Shown here piece after piece: positions 1 to 8,038 of a stretch of DNA of 64,000 nucleotides; the first letter of the stretch is position 1, and every line of letters starts with the position of its first letter. Below the pieces are notes generated by a model. It saw nothing but the letters and a program-made list of their open reading frames with translations. It was not told the origin of the DNA and did no database searches. This DNA is from an uncultured Chloroflexia bacterium (GTDB lineage: Bacteria; Chloroflexota; Limnocylindria; QHBO01), in the NCBI GenBank assembly GCA_963825525.1, contig CAWGTN010000002.1, forward strand, positions 1,888,001-1,952,000, read 5' to 3'. Position numbers and translations under genes: made by a program.

Positions 1-677
1 AGTCGCAGCGTGACACCCTCGCTCTTCAGCGCCTCGGCCACGAGCTCGCTGCTCTTCGGATGGTCCTTGTCGTTGATGTACTCCGCCGGGTGGATGATGG
101 TCACGGGTACGCCGTAGCGGGCGAACACCTGGGAGAGCTCGACGCCGGTGGGGCCGGCACCCAGGATGACGAGGCTGCGCGGGAGCTCCCGCGTCGACGT
201 GCCGTGCCGATTCGTCCAGGGCTCGATCGCATCCAGACCCGGCAGTGAGATGACCTTCGGGTGCGTGCCGACCGCGACGATCACTGCCCCTGCCTCGAGC
301 TCGCGATCGGCCGCGCCCTCCGATACGACAGTGACGCGGCCGGGGCCGTCGAAGCGAGCCTCGCCGCGGATGACGGTCGCGCCGGCTCCCTCCAGCGACT
401 TCACGTGGCCGTTGTCATCGGGGAAGTCGGTGCCCTCGCGGCTGATCATGTAGTCGCGGAAATCGCTCGCCTTCGACCAGTCGTAGTCGCCACCGTCGTG
501 ATGCACCCGCGCGGCATGGAGCAGCGCCTTCGACGGCATGCAGGCCCAGAACGGGCAGGATCCGCCGAACAGCTCCTTGTCGATGACGGCGACCGAGGCC
601 CCGCGCCCCGTCGCCAGGTGTACGGCGGCCTCGCCAGCGCTGCCGCCGCCGATGACCACGATGTCGAAGCGTTCCAT
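1..677 (-). CDS. Pyridine nucleotide-disulfide oxidoreductase (LpdA/MerA/RclA-like), runs off the left edge of the window
   Basis: Not in the ORF track. Manual translation from ATG 677: MERFDIVVIGGGSAGEAA...GGSCPFWACMPSKALL, with a GxGxxG FAD motif and a CxxxxC redox motif. GGAGA SD upstream. Confidence 0.85.
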   Translation of the reverse strand, partial: MERFDIVVIGGGSAGEAAVHLATGRGASVAVIDKELFGGSCPFWACMPSKALLHAARVHHDGGDYDWSKASDFRDYMISREGTDFPDDNGHVKSLEGAGATVIRGEARFDGPGRVTVVSEGAADRELEAGAVIVAVGTHPKVISLPGLDAIEPWTNRHGTSTRELPRSLVILGAGPTGVELSQVFARYGVPVTIIHPAEYINDKDHPKSSELVAEALKSEGVTLR

Positions 678-778
678 CCATGTCTCCCGATGTGTGATGC
701 CCGATTGTGCGCCGACGCGCCACCAGCGCAGTGCATGTGGCGCGCCGGACCATGGTGGCACTGATGACGTGAGTCGCC

Positions 779-794
779 TGTAAGCGCACTCACA
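779..794. promoter_or_regulatory. CRP/FNR-like box 1 (TGTAA-GCGCAC-TCACA)
   Basis: Imperfect palindrome CCTGTAAG-CGCA-CTCACAGG between the two divergent reductase genes; fits TGTGA-N6-TCACA geometry. Confidence 0.65.
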
Positions 795-805
795 GGAGCT
801 GGCGG

Positions 806-821
806 CGTGAGCGCGCTGACA
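806..821. promoter_or_regulatory. CRP/FNR-like box 1b (CGTGA-GCGCGC-TGACA)
   Basis: Centred 40.5 bp upstream of GTG 854, which has TATCCT at -12..-7. Confidence 0.45.
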
Positions 822-853
822 TCGTCGCGGACATCCATCGGTATCCTGCGGTG

Positions 854-2284
854 GTGAAGAAGTTCGATCTCATCGTCATCGGCAGCGGTTCCGGGCTCGA
901 GGTGTCGGCCGCCGCGGCCGAGCGAGACCTGAAGGTTGCGGTCGTGGAGTCCGGCCCATTCGGCGGGACGTGCCTGAATCGCGGCTGCATCCCTTCGAAG
1001 ATGCTCGTTCACGTCGCCGACGTGGCGCAGTCGATCGCCGAGTCCGAGAAGTTCGGCCTCCACGCCTCGATCGATCGGATCGACTGGCCATTCATCGTCG
1101 AGCGCACGTTCCACGAGATCGACCAGGACAGCGCGAACATCCTCGGGGGCAATCGATCGGCCGAGAACATCACGGTGTTCCAGGGTGAAGCGACCTTCGT
1201 TGGGCCCAAGCGCCTCTCGGTGGACGGGGAGGAGATCGGGGCGGAGACCATCGTGATCGCGGCGGGCACGCGTCCGACTGCGCCCAAGGTGCCGGGTCTC
1301 GACGAGGTCGGGTACGAGACCACCGACACGATCATGCGCATCGGCCAGCTGCCACGCCGCCTTGCCATCCTGGGCGGAGGATTCGTCGCGGCCGAGCTTG
1401 GTCATGTCTTTCGGAGCCTAGGCACCGAGGTCACGATCATCTCGCGCGGGCGGACGATGCTATCGAACGAGGACCGCGACATCGCCGAGGCCATGACTGA
1501 GGCGTATCGGCGCCGGTTCACGCTCCTCCTCGAGTCGACCCTGACTTCGGTCTCGCGAGACGGCGACGCGATTCATCTCGCGGTCGGATCGGCCGGCGAT
1601 GGCGGAGCCGAGTCACAGGCCGTGGAGTGCGACGCGTTGCTGATCGCCACCGGCCGAGTCCCGAATACCGACCGGCTCGCCGTCGAGGCCACCGGGGTCG
1701 AGACGGACGAGCGCGGCTACGTGCGCACCGATGGCCGGCTGGAGACGAACGTGCCCGGCATCTGGGCTCTCGGCGACATCGTCGGTCGCTGGCACCTGAA
1801 GCACAGCGCGAACCTGGAGGCGGCCCACGTCGCGAACAACATCCTCAATCCCGATCAGTCGGCGGATGTCGACTACCACGCCATGCCGTGGGCGATCTTC
1901 GGCTCACCGCAGGTCGGCGGCGTGGGGCTCACCGAGAACGAGGCCGAGGAGCAGGGCCGCCCGTATGCGGTCGCACGCTATCCGTTCGCTCGGACCGCCT
2001 ACGGCTCATCGATCGACGATCACGACGGCTTCGTCAAGGTGCTGGCCGATCCGTCATCGGGCGAGATCCTCGGCTGTCATGTCATCGGCCACCAGGCGTC
2101 GGTCCTGGTCCAGGAGGCGGTCAACCTCATGAGATTCCGTCTCCCGATCGATGTCATCGCGCAGTCCATCTACATCCATCCCGCTCTCACCGAAGTGATG
2201 CAGGCAGCCTTCAGCTCCGTCGCGGGACAGATTGCCGCGTCCCGCCAGGGCCACGAGCACGAAGACGAACACGAGCATGCGTGA
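854..2284 (+). CDS. Dihydrolipoamide dehydrogenase/mycothione reductase-like flavoprotein disulfide reductase with His-rich tail
   Basis: GSGSG FAD motif, GGTCLNRGCIPSK, GGGFVAAE NAD(P) motif, C-terminal HPALTE, tail HEHEDEHEHA. Confidence 0.85.
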   Translation: MKKFDLIVIGSGSGLEVSAAAAERDLKVAVVESGPFGGTCLNRGCIPSKMLVHVADVAQSIAESEKFGLHASIDRIDWPFIVERTFHEIDQDSANILGGNRSAENITVFQGEATFVGPKRLSVDGEEIGAETIVIAAGTRPTAPKVPGLDEVGYETTDTIMRIGQLPRRLAILGGGFVAAELGHVFRSLGTEVTIISRGRTMLSNEDRDIAEAMTEAYRRRFTLLLESTLTSVSRDGDAIHLAVGSAGDGGAESQAVECDALLIATGRVPNTDRLAVEATGVETDERGYVRTDGRLETNVPGIWALGDIVGRWHLKHSANLEAAHVANNILNPDQSADVDYHAMPWAIFGSPQVGGVGLTENEAEEQGRPYAVARYPFARTAYGSSIDDHDGFVKVLADPSSGEILGCHVIGHQASVLVQEAVNLMRFRLPIDVIAQSIYIHPALTEVMQAAFSSVAGQIAASRQGHEHEDEHEHA

Positions 2285-2295
2285 TCGCCCTTACA
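2280..2295. promoter_or_regulatory. CRP/FNR-like box 2 (CGTGA-TCGCCC-TTACA)
   Basis: Centre 2287.5 is 41.5 bp upstream of ATG 2329; GATGCT at -12..-7. Confidence 0.6.
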
Positions 2296-2328
2296 GCGCG
2301 TGACCCGGCCGGGCGCGATGCTCGGTCC

Positions 2329-2847
2329 ATGCCTCGATTTGCCGCGGCCGGCCTCGTGCTGGCACTCATCCTCGCCGCCTGCTCACCCTCGGCCGGCACG
2401 CCGCCCGATGCGCCCGACGCCGGGCCGCTGCTTGCCTACGAGCTCACCGACGTCCGCAGCGGCGAGACGTTCACCCTGGCCGAGCTATCCGCCGACCGGC
2501 CAGTCATCCTCGAGACGATGGCCATCTGGTGCACGACCTGTCTCAGTCAGCAGCGGGAAGTGGTCCAGGCCCACGAGCTGGCGGAGTTCCACTCGGTCGG
2601 GATCGACGTCGATCCCAACGAAGAGCCGGCCGACCTCGCGGACTACGCCGATCGCCAGGGCTTCGATTGGCGCTTCGTCAAGGCCGATGCGGAGCTCGTC
2701 AAGCTGCTCACGGATCGCTATGGCTTCGGCGTGACGAATCCGCCTTCGACGCCGACCTTCGTGGTCGCCGATGGGCAGGTCCGCGCGCTCGAGTTCGGCC
2801 GCGTGCGCAGCGCCGAGGAGCTGGTCGCCGAGCTCGGCGCCGGCTGA
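2329..2847 (+). CDS. TlpA/ResA-like thioredoxin-fold lipoprotein
   Basis: Lipobox LAAC, WCTTC motif, TPT cis-Pro region; 3' part of ORF 1627..2847. Confidence 0.8.
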   Translation: MPRFAAAGLVLALILAACSPSAGTPPDAPDAGPLLAYELTDVRSGETFTLAELSADRPVILETMAIWCTTCLSQQREVVQAHELAEFHSVGIDVDPNEEPADLADYADRQGFDWRFVKADAELVKLLTDRYGFGVTNPPSTPTFVVADGQVRALEFGRVRSAEELVAELGAG

Positions 2848-2859
2848 GCGCCGCACGCG

Positions 2860-3558
2860 ATGGAGGTTTACGTCGGGGCGCTGCTTGCCGGCATCGGTGC
2901 GACGATCACTCCCTGCATCCTGCCGCTGTACCCGGCGTTCCTCGCCTACGTCACGACGGGCGGGCCCCAGGCGGCCACGGTTCCTGCCGGCGGGCCACCG
3001 CCCAGTCCAGCGCTGCCGCCGGCGATTGCGGCCCTGATCGTCTGGGCCGGGGTCGTGACCGGGATGCTCGCGATCGGTGCGCTGATCGCCACGGTCGCCG
3101 TGCCCCTCGGCGACTTCAACCGGATCGTGCTGCCGATTGCCGACGCGCTCCTCATCGGCCTCGGCATCCTTCTCCTGGCCGGGGTCAACCCGTTTGCGAA
3201 GCTGCCCCAGCCATCGGCCTCCGCGTTGGGTGGACGCGGGCCGGAAGCCGGGGCCTTTCTCTATGGGCTCCTCTTCGCACCGATCGCCATCCCGTGCAGC
3301 GGACCGTTCCTGGTCGGCATCTTCGCCTTCAGCCTGACGATCGGTGACGCGCTGGGTCGCATCCTGTTCTTCGGGGTCTTCGGCGTTGGCTTCGGGCTCC
3401 CGCTCTTCCTGTTGGGGACCGTGGGCCAGGCACGGGGAGCACAGCTGGCGCGGGCACTGGTGCGCCACGAGCGTCCGCTGCAGCTCGTTCTCGGCGTGAC
3501 CCTCATCGCCGTCGGGATCTGGGACCTCTCGGTCAACCTGCCGCAGATCCTCGCCTGA
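2860..3558 (+). CDS. ccdA: CcdA/DsbD-family transmembrane electron transporter
   Basis: About six hydrophobic segments with the TPCILP and IPCSGP cysteine motifs. Confidence 0.85.
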   Translation: MEVYVGALLAGIGATITPCILPLYPAFLAYVTTGGPQAATVPAGGPPPSPALPPAIAALIVWAGVVTGMLAIGALIATVAVPLGDFNRIVLPIADALLIGLGILLLAGVNPFAKLPQPSASALGGRGPEAGAFLYGLLFAPIAIPCSGPFLVGIFAFSLTIGDALGRILFFGVFGVGFGLPLFLLGTVGQARGAQLARALVRHERPLQLVLGVTLIAVGIWDLSVNLPQILA

Positions 3559-3564
3559 CGGCGG

Positions 3565-4359
3565 TCAGCCGATCCGGAGGAGCGGCCCGGCGTCGAAGAT
3601 GCCGTCGACTGCAACCCCGAGTCCCGTGAAGACGGATGCCGGGATCCCGATGTCGGCCAGGTACGGCACGCCTGCATGGCGCGGACCCTCACCGATCGAC
3701 ATGCCTCGTTTCGGAAGGGCCAGGGCGAGCGTGGCGTCGGCCGAGACGGCAGCCCCGGGACGCGCGCCGCTCGTTGCATCGATGCCCGACGGGATATCGA
3801 GGCTCAGCACCGCACCGGCACCCGCCCCGGCCATTTCGATCAGCGGGCGAAGCACCTCGTCCGGCGCTCCACGCAGGCTGTAGCCGATGAGCGCGTCGAT
3901 CACCGCGTCCGCGTGCTCGATCTCGCCGCGCAGCTCGTCATGAGACCGATCGTGCCTTGCCACAGCGGCCCGCACGCCGGCGGCGAGCAGCGGCTCGATC
4001 TGGGCGCACGGGGCGGGACGCAGTCGGAGAATCGGGTGGGCGAATGCGACGCACACGTCGGCGCCCCAGCCGGCCAACCGGCGCGCCGCGACGAGCCCGC
4101 CGCCCGCGTTGTTGCCGGTTCCCGCCAGGACGACGATGCGGCGACCCGCAACCGGGGAGCCGAGCGTGAGACGGGTCAGCTCGGCAAGCTGATGCCCGGC
4201 GTTCTCCATCATCTGGAGCAGGCTGAAGCCGATGCGGTCCGTGGCGATGCGATCGGCTTCCACCATGACCCGGCCGTCGACGAAAGGCACCTCGCCGATC
4301 GACGGTGAGGGGAGAACGGGAAGCGTCCAGCGGGCCGGAGTCATGTTGGGCGATGCCAT
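3565..4359 (-). CDS. nnrE: NAD(P)H-hydrate epimerase (stand-alone YjeF_N)
   Basis: LLQMMENAG, GTGNNAGGG, DALIGYSL and SLDIPSG motifs; 3' half of ORF 3565..5172. Confidence 0.8.
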   Translation of the reverse strand: MASPNMTPARWTLPVLPSPSIGEVPFVDGRVMVEADRIATDRIGFSLLQMMENAGHQLAELTRLTLGSPVAGRRIVVLAGTGNNAGGGLVAARRLAGWGADVCVAFAHPILRLRPAPCAQIEPLLAAGVRAAVARHDRSHDELRGEIEHADAVIDALIGYSLRGAPDEVLRPLIEMAGAGAGAVLSLDIPSGIDATSGARPGAAVSADATLALALPKRGMSIGEGPRHAGVPYLADIGIPASVFTGLGVAVDGIFDAGPLLRIG

Positions 4360-4392
4360 GACGCCAGCCTGCGCCGACGGCGCCGAGTCCGC

Positions 4393-4408
4393 TGTAAGCG
4401 GGGCGACA
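4393..4408. promoter_or_regulatory. CRP/FNR-like box 3 (TGTAA-GCGGGG-CGACA)
   Basis: Centre 4400.5 is 41.5 bp upstream of the nnrE ATG 4359 on the minus strand; CAGGCT at -12..-7. Confidence 0.6.
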
Positions 4409-4415
4409 CGGCCAC

Positions 4416-5172
4416 TCAACCCTCGGCCAGCGCCTCGAGTCGCTCGCGGGTCGAGGACCACGACGCGCTGGCGGGCCATCTCGACGATGCCGCGCTCGCG
4501 GAGGGACGACACCGTGGTTGCGAGCGTCTCCCGCGATGTCCCGATCATGTCGGCGAGCTCCTGCTGAGTGAGCCGCGCGTCGATTGCCCCATCGGCGTCA
4601 TCGCGGCCGAAGCGTCGCAGCAGGTCGAGCAGACGCGCCGCGAGCCGCTGCTCGACCGAGCGGAAGGCCATGATCTCCCGCTCGCGCTCCGAGCTGGCGA
4701 GCCGATCGGACAGGTAGCGAATGATGTTGACGCCCACGGCCGGGAAGCGATCGATGAGCCGTCGCAGCTCCTCGGGGGTGAAGCTGCAGATGAGAGCCTC
4801 TTCGACCGCTTCGGCATAGACCTCACTGAGCTCCTGTCCGAGCCACGACATGCGCCCGACGATCCGGCCCTTGTCGAGGATCTCCAGTGTGAGCTGCTTG
4901 CCGTCGGGTGTGAGCCGATAGAGCCGCACGCGGCCGCGCTTCACGATGTAGAGGCGCTCGGCGTCATCGTCGGGCGAGGTCACCAGCCCGCCGACGGCGC
5001 ACGTCTGCATCGGCAGCGCCTGGCTCACCTGCTTGAGCTGTGCAGGCGTCAGTCCCGCGAACAGATCAACCTCGCGCAGCAGGCCGACCTTCAGATCGTC
5101 CTCGGTCAGCGCGGGTCCGGTCGGGGGTTGCATCGCGGGTCCGGCCTGCCGCTCGAAGAAGCGTTTCAGCAT
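4416..5172 (-). CDS. CRP/FNR family transcriptional regulator (apparent +1 frameshift near 4448)
   Basis: cNMP-fold N-terminus (LYIVKRGRVRL) and HTH LTQQELADMIGTSRET. Removing one base near 4448 gives a normal end ...ERLEALAEG* at 4416. Confidence 0.85.
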
Positions 5173-5276
5173 GGGTCAATCATGCATCCAGTGCGCGATC
5201 CGCGGAAGTCACGCAGGAGGCGGGATGTCGCAACGGGTGCGCCCGCGATGAGCGCACCCGTCTTTGAGGGCGCGGG

Positions 5277-6011
5277 TCAGCTGACTCGCGCGACAGTGAT
5301 CTCGACGACCGGGTCGGTCCAGCCATGGACTCCCGGCACGAGGTCGTTGCCACCGGATATGCCGGCGTGGTGATGGATGACGCCACCTTCGGCCAGTGCG
5401 GGGTTCGTCATGCCGGTGCCCGCGTCGTCGGAGGTCACGCCGATGAGGCCCTGGCACGGAGGAACGATATCGGCGAAGTCCTCGGTGTTGATCTCGGTCC
5501 CGGCGTCGTAGCCGGCGCCGTTGACCGTCACGGCAGTGCCCACCTGGTTCGGGAGCTTCAGCCCGTCAACCCCGGTGAACCCGTCGTTCGTGCAGATCAG
5601 CATCGACTCATAGGACAGGAACTGCGCGCCCGGCCCAGCGGTGATCGTCAGTGTCACCGTGTTGCTGAACACGCCGAACAGCGGGGAGCCGATGGGAACC
5701 AGCGGTGCGCCTGCCGCGGTGAAGTCGGAGACGGCCGGATCCGCACCCAGCGAGCTCAGGAACGGTGAGAGGTTGCCGTTCTCGGCAATCTGCTGCGTAC
5801 CGAGGTTGGCGGCACGTCCAACCTGGAACAGGTGGGTCGAGCCCCGATGGGTGGCGATGAGCGGCGGCGTGAACGCCTGGCCGCTGGTCAGGTTGGTGAT
5901 GGTGACCTCGTAGGTCCGCTGCGGCGCGGCGAGCGTCGGTGAGACGGCCATGATGGCCAGGAGGGCTGCGCCAAGGAGCGGGCCCCCGATTCGTCGGTTG
6001 GATCGGTGCAT
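5277..6011 (-). CDS. Secreted spondin_N-domain protein
   Basis: Signal peptide, then YEVTITNLT..Q.FTPP, AENGN, SMLICTNDGF and YDAGTEINTE, typical of bacterial spondin-domain proteins. Confidence 0.75.
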   Translation of the reverse strand: MHRSNRRIGGPLLGAALLAIMAVSPTLAAPQRTYEVTITNLTSGQAFTPPLIATHRGSTHLFQVGRAANLGTQQIAENGNLSPFLSSLGADPAVSDFTAAGAPLVPIGSPLFGVFSNTVTLTITAGPGAQFLSYESMLICTNDGFTGVDGLKLPNQVGTAVTVNGAGYDAGTEINTEDFADIVPPCQGLIGVTSDDAGTGMTNPALAEGGVIHHHAGISGGNDLVPGVHGWTDPVVEITVARVS

Positions 6012-6083
6012 GGTCAGTCCTCGTGATGCGGTGCCGCCTCGGTGAAGGCGGCTCGCCGTGCATCGTGGGCAGGGACCATGACG

Positions 6084-6115
6084 AGGGTATGGCCGCGGCG
6101 TGACGGTTCGGTGAA
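6084..6115 (-). promoter_or_regulatory. Putative OmpR-type 11-bp-period direct repeat plus -10 (TACCCT) upstream of the spondin gene
   Basis: cGTGAcggttc-gGTGAa at 6099-6115, 10 bp from the -10; same geometry as at 32066-32097. Confidence 0.4.
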
Positions 6116-6120
6116 GGGGC

Positions 6121-6666
6121 TCAGCCTGCCACGGCGGAGGGATCGTCGCGGCGGAGGAGGATGCCGAGGTATGCCTTCCACGGCCCCACCTCGGCCTCAT
6201 GCGATCCGGCCATGCCGGCAAAGATCTGCGACACGTGGTCGAGGTCGTGGACGGCCCAGGTGGCGATCAGCTCGCGCAGTGTCACCTCTCCCAGTGATGG
6301 ATGGAGGCCGCGTCGGTCGAGATCAGTCTCGCTGGCGAGGTCGGCCAGCCGGGCGAGGTTCTCGGCGCGCAGGGTGGCAAAGCGCTCAACCAGGTCATCG
6401 AGCTCCGCTTCCGCGTCCCGCTCGGCGTGCGCAAAGCGATCGAACCGATCGAACGGGACGCTTGTCCCCTCGGTGAGGATGCGCTGCGTCCGCTCGATCC
6501 AGTCGTCGAGCTCGGCGGTGATCAGGTGGCCGACCACGTCGCGGGGCCGCCAGCCGTCGGCAACGTCGACCGTGTCGGTCCAGGACTCGGGCAGGTTTCG
6601 CAGCAGGACGCGCAGCAGCTCCGGCGTTCGGCGCAGAAGGTCGGTCGTCTCGTCGAGGAAAGCCAT
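6121..6666 (-). CDS. DinB/YfiT family protein
   Basis: W..RDVVGHL and HDLDH metal-binding His motifs. Confidence 0.8.
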   Translation of the reverse strand: MAFLDETTDLLRRTPELLRVLLRNLPESWTDTVDVADGWRPRDVVGHLITAELDDWIERTQRILTEGTSVPFDRFDRFAHAERDAEAELDDLVERFATLRAENLARLADLASETDLDRRGLHPSLGEVTLRELIATWAVHDLDHVSQIFAGMAGSHEAEVGPWKAYLGILLRRDDPSAVAG

Positions 6667-6675
6667 GCGCCGATC

Positions 6676-7842
6676 CTACGCCAAGCTCGGGAGAATCTCG
6701 ACGCCAGCGATCCAGGTCCGGAGCGGTCGAACCGCGCCGAGGTGGAGGGCGAACGCCCCCTCGTGCTCCGCGTCCCAGGCAACGAGGTCGGCCGCGGCAC
6801 CGACCTCCAGCCTGCCGATGTCTTGCCGGCGCAGGGCCGATGCGCCTCCGCGGGTGGCCGCGGTCAGGGCCTCGGTGACCGTCATTCCCATGAGAGTTGC
6901 CGAAAGGCCGATGACCAGCGGCATGGTCCCGAAGCCGCCGAAGGTCCCCGCGTTCGCATCGCTGGCGACGGCGACCTGGGCACCCGCGTCAAGCAGCGCT
7001 CGGGCCGGGGGCAGCCGATCCCTCAGCACGATCGCCGGGGCCGGCAGCAGGGTCGCCACCGTCTCGGACCGCGAGAGCGCCGCGATGCCCGGCTCATCCA
7101 GCTGCTCGAGGTGGTCCACGGACGCGGCTCCGAGCCGTGCCCCGAGCTCCGCGGCACCGGTCAGCGCCAGCTGATCGGCATGAAGACGGACTCCGAGTCC
7201 GGCGGCCAGCGCCGCGCGGCCGATCCGCTCGGTTGATCGGAGGTCGAAGAAGCCGGCATCGGAGAAGACGTCGACAAACGCGGCGAGTCCCGCTTCGGCC
7301 ACCGCCGGGATCATCTCGTCGGCGACGAAGGCCGCGTACTCGTCCAGGCCCCGGGCTTCGGGCGGGACCGCATGCGCCCCCAGGAAGGTGGGCACGACAT
7401 GCAGGGGCAGGCGCGCGGCGACCCGCTGGATGATGCGCAGGTGCCGAAGCTCCTCGTCGAGGGACAGCCCGTAGCCCGACTTGCATTCGACGGTGGTCGT
7501 GCCCGCCGCGAGAGCCGCCCGCAGCCGCCGCTCGACCAGTGCCTCGAGCGTGGCGTCGTCGGCGTTCCGGGTCGCGTCGACGGTGCGCAGGATGCCGCCC
7601 TCGCTGTACGCCTGGCCCTCGAGCCTCGCGGCCGCCTCGTCGGATCGATCGCCGGCGAAGACCGGATGCGTGTGGCTGTCGACAAGCCCGGGGGTGACGA
7701 GCGCACTGCCAAGCTCCATCCGCTCATCGTCGGCCGGCGCATCCCGTGGCGCGCCGATCCAGGCGATCCGGCCGTCGCGCACGAGGAGCGCCCACGGCGA
7801 GGGACCGGCGGGCGCCAGTCGGCCGGTGCCGGTCAGCAGCAT
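6676..7842 (-). CDS. hutI: Imidazolonepropionase
   Basis: PGLVDSHTHPVFAGDR, GGILRTV, ECKSGYGL, FLGAHA, HADQL and SVDHLE motifs. Confidence 0.85.
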   Translation of the reverse strand: MLLTGTGRLAPAGPSPWALLVRDGRIAWIGAPRDAPADDERMELGSALVTPGLVDSHTHPVFAGDRSDEAAARLEGQAYSEGGILRTVDATRNADDATLEALVERRLRAALAAGTTTVECKSGYGLSLDEELRHLRIIQRVAARLPLHVVPTFLGAHAVPPEARGLDEYAAFVADEMIPAVAEAGLAAFVDVFSDAGFFDLRSTERIGRAALAAGLGVRLHADQLALTGAAELGARLGAASVDHLEQLDEPGIAALSRSETVATLLPAPAIVLRDRLPPARALLDAGAQVAVASDANAGTFGGFGTMPLVIGLSATLMGMTVTEALTAATRGGASALRRQDIGRLEVGAAADLVAWDAEHEGAFALHLGAVRPLRTWIAGVEILPSLA

Positions 7843-7848
7843 GGCCGG

Positions 7849-7995
7849 CTAGAGGACGCGGCCGCGGGTGACGAGCCGATAGACGATCACCACCAGCGCC
7901 ACGATGAGCAGGAGGTGGATCAGGGCCCCGAACAGCTTGAGCACGAGCCCGAGCAGCCAGAGGCCGACGAGCAATGCGACGATGAACCACAGCAT
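7849..7995 (-). CDS. Small membrane protein (lmo0937/DUF5670-like), 48 aa
   Basis: MLWFIVALLVGLWLLG...GALIHLLLIVALVV; TACGCT -10 just upstream. Confidence 0.7.
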   Translation of the reverse strand: MLWFIVALLVGLWLLGLVLKLFGALIHLLLIVALVVIVYRLVTRGRVL

Positions 7996-8038
7996 GAGGG
8001 GAGCGTAGCGCTTCGGACGCCCGGTTACACTCGCTTGG

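Noticed and set aside
3565-5172. Novel CRP-NnrE fusion protein (535 aa)
   Set aside because: Removing one base near 4448 gives a normal CRP end with a stop at 4416, and the 'linker' holds a CRP box and -10 positioned for a separate nnrE start. Probably an indel artefact.
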